From NCBI GenBank assembly GCA_964291405.2, contig OZ219926.1, forward strand, positions 864,001-928,000: a stretch of 64,000 nt of DNA, written 5' to 3'. Position 1 is the first letter of the stretch. Every line of letters starts with the position of its first letter. The DNA comes from Thermodesulfobacteriota bacterium (GTDB taxonomy: Bacteria; Desulfobacterota; Binatia; Bin18). The translations under genes and the position numbers were made by a program. This document shows, one piece after another, positions 60,291-64,000 of the stretch. The notes below the pieces were generated by a model that saw nothing but the letters and a program-made list of their open reading frames with translations, was not told the origin of the DNA and ran no database searches.

Positions 60291-61595
60291 TTAATGTCCC
60301 GAGGGATCGTCGGTGGCCAGAGAGCGGAGCGTAATGCCGTCAAGGGCCTGCTCGACCGCCCGATTCCGCCGGTCAAGCAGAGCCGAGATGGCATCTCCGC
60401 CATCAATGGCAGCCGGCTCATCACCAGGCGCGCGCAGGATAGCCAGCACGCTCGCGACCGCAATCTGCTCGGGCGGACGGCCAGGGACTATACCCTCCGG
60501 CTCAACGGTCTGCAAGAGCACGCCTTTTGCCAGCAGCATATCAATCAGCGGCTCCAGCGCAGAGAACTGAACGCGCATATTTTTGGCAAGAGCGGCAACC
60601 GACCACGGCGCTTGTTCGGCGAGATAGCGCCGCGTGATTACAACCAGGGCGGTCAGCGCGAGGCGTTCCTGCGACAGCGGGGTTTTGCCATTCAGTTCGG
60701 CTCGGTAGGAACTCGGATATTGATGAAAACAGGCGACTTCGGCACCCACCAGAATAATCAGCCAACTGGCATACACCCAGATAAAAAAGAAAACCAGGAT
60801 GGCAAAGCCCGAATAGATGGCCGCATAGCGTGCGGAGCCGGCAATAAAGGCGGCAAAGCCGACCCCGGCCAACTGCCACAAAACAGCCGCGACCACCCCG
60901 CCCAGCAGTGCCGAGCCAAAGCGCACCGCAGTATTGGGAACAAAGACGTACAAAAACGTGAAGGCAATACAGAGAAAGGCGAACGGCATCAGTTGCGTCG
61001 CCACAATAATGAGCGGGCCGAGCAACTCGTTCGCAATCAGATACTGCACCACGGTGTGACTCTGGGCCGAGGCAATGACGGTCAATGCCGTAAAGACCAG
61101 AACCGGACCAACCAGGACCACGCTCAGATAGTCACTGCATTTCTTGCCCCAGGTACGAGAGTGACGGGCCTGCCAGATATGGTTGAACGAGTCTTCAATT
61201 TTGCTGATCAGCGAGACAACGGTGTAGAACAGGGCCGCCACTCCGACCGCGCCCAGCACACCGACGCGCAAATTGCTCACAAACTCCAAGACATGCCGGG
61301 TAATTTCAGCGCCCTGCTCACCCAGCGGCTCCAGGGCCTGGGCCAGTGACGGCTCAATGAGATTGTGTACTCCGAATGCCTTGAGCACGGCAAACATGAC
61401 CGCCAGGAGCGGCACCAGGGCCAAAAGAGTCACATAGGTCAGCCCCATGGCCCGCAGGCTGAGCGCATCGTCCTGAACTTTTTTGCGGACAACGGAAAAA
61501 AAGGCAGAGCCCTGTGGTAGCCACTGTGTGAGAGATATCCACAGGTGTTGGAGAGCGAAATTCTGTGCCTTTTTGACGCGACACTCCTGGTCCAT
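60291..61595 (-). CDS. YihY/BrkB family membrane protein with C-terminal wHTH
   Basis: LTYVTLLALVP, IEDSFNHIW, VPNT.V, IYSGFA, W.I.LVGAE. Confidence 0.88.
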   Translation of the reverse strand: MDQECRVKKAQNFALQHLWISLTQWLPQGSAFFSVVRKKVQDDALSLRAMGLTYVTLLALVPLLAVMFAVLKAFGVHNLIEPSLAQALEPLGEQGAEITRHVLEFVSNLRVGVLGAVGVAALFYTVVSLISKIEDSFNHIWQARHSRTWGKKCSDYLSVVLVGPVLVFTALTVIASAQSHTVVQYLIANELLGPLIIVATQLMPFAFLCIAFTFLYVFVPNTAVRFGSALLGGVVAAVLWQLAGVGFAAFIAGSARYAAIYSGFAILVFFFIWVYASWLIILVGAEVACFHQYPSSYRAELNGKTPLSQERLALTALVVITRRYLAEQAPWSVAALAKNMRVQFSALEPLIDMLLAKGVLLQTVEPEGIVPGRPPEQIAVASVLAILRAPGDEPAAIDGGDAISALLDRRNRAVEQALDGITLRSLATDDPSGH

Positions 61596-61639
61596 GCAGC
61601 AGTCTATCCTAATGCGTTTTTCAGTAGATGGCAGTACCG

Positions 61640-61713
61640 GTGACTGAACATCTCCTGTTTGGTTTTGTCAGTGTTATTGTCCTGGGGGCAGGGGCGCAGT
61701 GGTTGGGCTGGCA
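61640..61713 (+). pseudogene. 5' remnant resembling a CPA1 Na+/H+ antiporter
   Basis: VTEHLLFGFVSVIVLGAGAQWLGW, cut off at the stop of the convergent gene. Confidence 0.45.
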
Positions 61714-62883
61714 TCATCTGACAGGGAGGGTCAGGGTCGGCCCCTGGGATTTGGTCTGTCCGGCTTGCAGGTCAAAGAGTTGGCGCAGCAGCATAAAGGT
61801 CGATTTGGATTCCAGGTCAGTGTCTTCAATATAAAACCAATGGCCTCGGTAGTAGGTCGCGATATACGCGTTATCAGGCCGTTCGACCTGGGTCCTGACT
61901 TTGAACCGACGGCCGGCGGGTGTATCCGTCCAATCGAATGCCTCACCGGTTTTCGACGTAGTGACGGTCACCAGTCCCTCTGACTGATGCTGCTCCGGGG
62001 TTTCCACAGTCTGGGAGAGGTAATACAGCAGGCCGGAGATGGAGCGGGTACGGACCGTCCACTGTGTCTTTTTTACCGCAAGGAAATCCGTACTCAGATC
62101 AAAGTCCTTAACCTTCCGGTCGAGCTGGAGCAGCGCATAGATGCGATCGATGTCAGCTTGGTATTCCGCATCATCCGCGACCAAGCGCACGAGAATACCG
62201 GGGGAGCCTTGCTGGTGCGTGGTGCCGATTTCGATGAGCCGGCTCCTTTGTAAACGGTGCAGCGATTCAAGCAGGCGGTTGAATTCTTCATAGTCCGGCT
62301 CCAACTGCGGGGTTGGCCCGGAGGCGTTGGGAGCGTTGTACAGGTTGTTGACCCTTTCAAGACACAGGCCGAAGACCCGGTCGATATTCCAGCCGGACTG
62401 GGTCAACACGAGAATAGCTTCGAGTTGGAGGGGGCTGAGGATGCTCTTTAACAGGTTTTCCCCCTGTAACGGAGTGTAGGAGATGGTCGGATTATCGGCA
62501 TAGCCAACCCCGACGCCGGGGCTCAGGGAGTCCCGGGTGCCGAAATTCAGCGCGGCATCTACCCCGGCACTGGCCTGTAGGGATAAACTCGTGGTGACGC
62601 TCCCGATTTCCAGAAAAAACGTGACATCCCGATAGCGCATCCGCACCAGATTCTGGAGCATCTGCTCATTGATGGAAGCGATAATGGCTTCGTTATAAGC
62701 GGGGTGCGTGCGTTCAATGGCCTGCGGCCCGAAGGTCGCCAGACAGCCGGACGCCAAGGCGGTCAGTGCCACGACCAAGAACAGGACAGGGAGCCGGTGT
62801 AGCGGAATCCTTGGAGATGACACGGGACGAAACGACCTCCATGGGAGCATTAGCAGCGAGTCACCATATACCAATCCCCTCAC
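61714..62883 (-). CDS. Hypothetical lipoprotein (start uncertain)
   Basis: Lipobox-like ASGC; QMLQNLVRMRYRD, PTISYTPLQG, HWFYI..D..SK. Confidence 0.7.
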   Translation of the reverse strand: MRGLVYGDSLLMLPWRSFRPVSSPRIPLHRLPVLFLVVALTALASGCLATFGPQAIERTHPAYNEAIIASINEQMLQNLVRMRYRDVTFFLEIGSVTTSLSLQASAGVDAALNFGTRDSLSPGVGVGYADNPTISYTPLQGENLLKSILSPLQLEAILVLTQSGWNIDRVFGLCLERVNNLYNAPNASGPTPQLEPDYEEFNRLLESLHRLQRSRLIEIGTTHQQGSPGILVRLVADDAEYQADIDRIYALLQLDRKVKDFDLSTDFLAVKKTQWTVRTRSISGLLYYLSQTVETPEQHQSEGLVTVTTSKTGEAFDWTDTPAGRRFKVRTQVERPDNAYIATYYRGHWFYIEDTDLESKSTFMLLRQLFDLQAGQTKSQGPTLTLPVR

Positions 62884-63024
62884 GGGACCAATCGGCCTCC
62901 CTCCCGCTGGCGCTGGTACACTGCGAAGCCAACTGGTACAGTTCGACCCGCCAAGGGCTGCACTGTGAACTTCAAAGTGGGGTCATTGCCCGAGTACCCC
63001 ATTTTTCACCCGAGGAGGAGGCCG

Positions 63025-63963
63025 ATGAAGATTCTGGTTGCTTATGACGGTTCGAGTTGCGCCGACGCCGCCTTAAACGACCTCCGCCGAGCAGGACTCC
63101 CGGCCGAGGTGCAGGCGAGAATTCTCTCGGTCGCCGATGTCTGGGTCGCCCCAAGGCCAGACGAAGAAGTGCGTCTCCAGCCAGCCATGACAGTACGAGA
63201 AGAGCGGATTATTGCGGCTCGGAATCAGGCTTACGAAAAGGCCATGCACGCGGTTGAGGAGGCTCGGGCGCTTGCAGGCCGGGCTTGCAGACGGGTGCAA
63301 GCGTCCTCTCCGAGCTGGGAAGTTTCCGCCGAAGCCAGTGCCGATTCCCCGGCCTGGGCAGTGCTCAAAGAGGCGAATGACTGGAAGCCGGACCTGATTG
63401 TTCTTGGGTCGCACGGTCGTTCTCCTCTCAACCGTCTCATGCTGGGCAGTGTCTCTCAGAAAGTCGTTACGGAAGCACGGTGTTCCGTACGAGTGTCACG
63501 CGGTCACAATAAGCAAGCCGACGCTCCTCTACGCCTTGTTCTTGGCGTCGATGGCTCCCCTGGGGCGGACGCCGCAGTGCGGACACTGACCCAACGGTCC
63601 TGGCCTGCGGACACGAGGGTCTATGTCGTTGCGGTCATGAACCCTGTTTTGGCCGCAGCCATACTCTGGCGCGAAACGGATGAACAAACACAAGACGCCC
63701 CAGAACGGGTCCAAGCCTTGGTTGAAGCGGTGGTCGAGCAGTTACGGGGTGCCGGGCTCGCCGCCTCTCCCCATATCCTCAGCGGCAACCCGAAGCAGGT
63801 TCTTGTAGAAGCAACTGAGCGTTGGGATGCAGACTGCATTTTTGTCGGGGCACGGGGGCTACGCGGAATCGGGAGACTCTTTCTCGGCAGCGTGTCAGCC
63901 ACGGTCTCCTCGCGGTCACACTGTTCGGTTGAGGTAGTACGTACAGACAGCGAAAATGAGTAA
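63025..63963 (+). CDS. Tandem-domain universal stress protein
   Basis: ILVAYDGS, GSHGR..LGSVS, GARG..LGSVS; RBS GGAGG. Confidence 0.92.
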   Translation: MKILVAYDGSSCADAALNDLRRAGLPAEVQARILSVADVWVAPRPDEEVRLQPAMTVREERIIAARNQAYEKAMHAVEEARALAGRACRRVQASSPSWEVSAEASADSPAWAVLKEANDWKPDLIVLGSHGRSPLNRLMLGSVSQKVVTEARCSVRVSRGHNKQADAPLRLVLGVDGSPGADAAVRTLTQRSWPADTRVYVVAVMNPVLAAAILWRETDEQTQDAPERVQALVEAVVEQLRGAGLAASPHILSGNPKQVLVEATERWDADCIFVGARGLRGIGRLFLGSVSATVSSRSHCSVEVVRTDSENE

Positions 63964-64000
63964 TCTGCTACTCTCGTGGGAGAAGCATCCATTTCTGCTA

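Overview
Gene-dense, moderately GC-rich bacterial window with no rRNA, tRNA, CRISPR array or transposase that I could recognise. Gene content (many crotonases, LLM/F420 oxidoreductases, thiolase-like + DUF35, DUF1329, GSTs, Pcs) resembles Binatota/deltaproteobacteria-like genomes, possibly host-associated; this is inference. It mixes housekeeping genes (truA, ribE, coaE, ispG, folD, clpB, mltA, tamAB, short MetE) with acyl-CoA catabolic clusters and two toxin-antitoxin pairs. Four signals are not explained by the ORF track. (1) A family of CTAG-bounded miniature elements: two copies share both ends but carry different REP-like cargo and end on a TAG stop codon, and a probable third copy sits in frame inside a DUF4160 gene. 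(2) A selenocysteine peroxiredoxin (TPGU) split at an in-frame UGA, with a SECIS-like hairpin. (3) A rhomboid protease split at a slippery U_UUU_UUC site. (4) An uncalled 56-aa ORF upstream of ispG, orphan Cys/His-motif proteins and several gene remnants.
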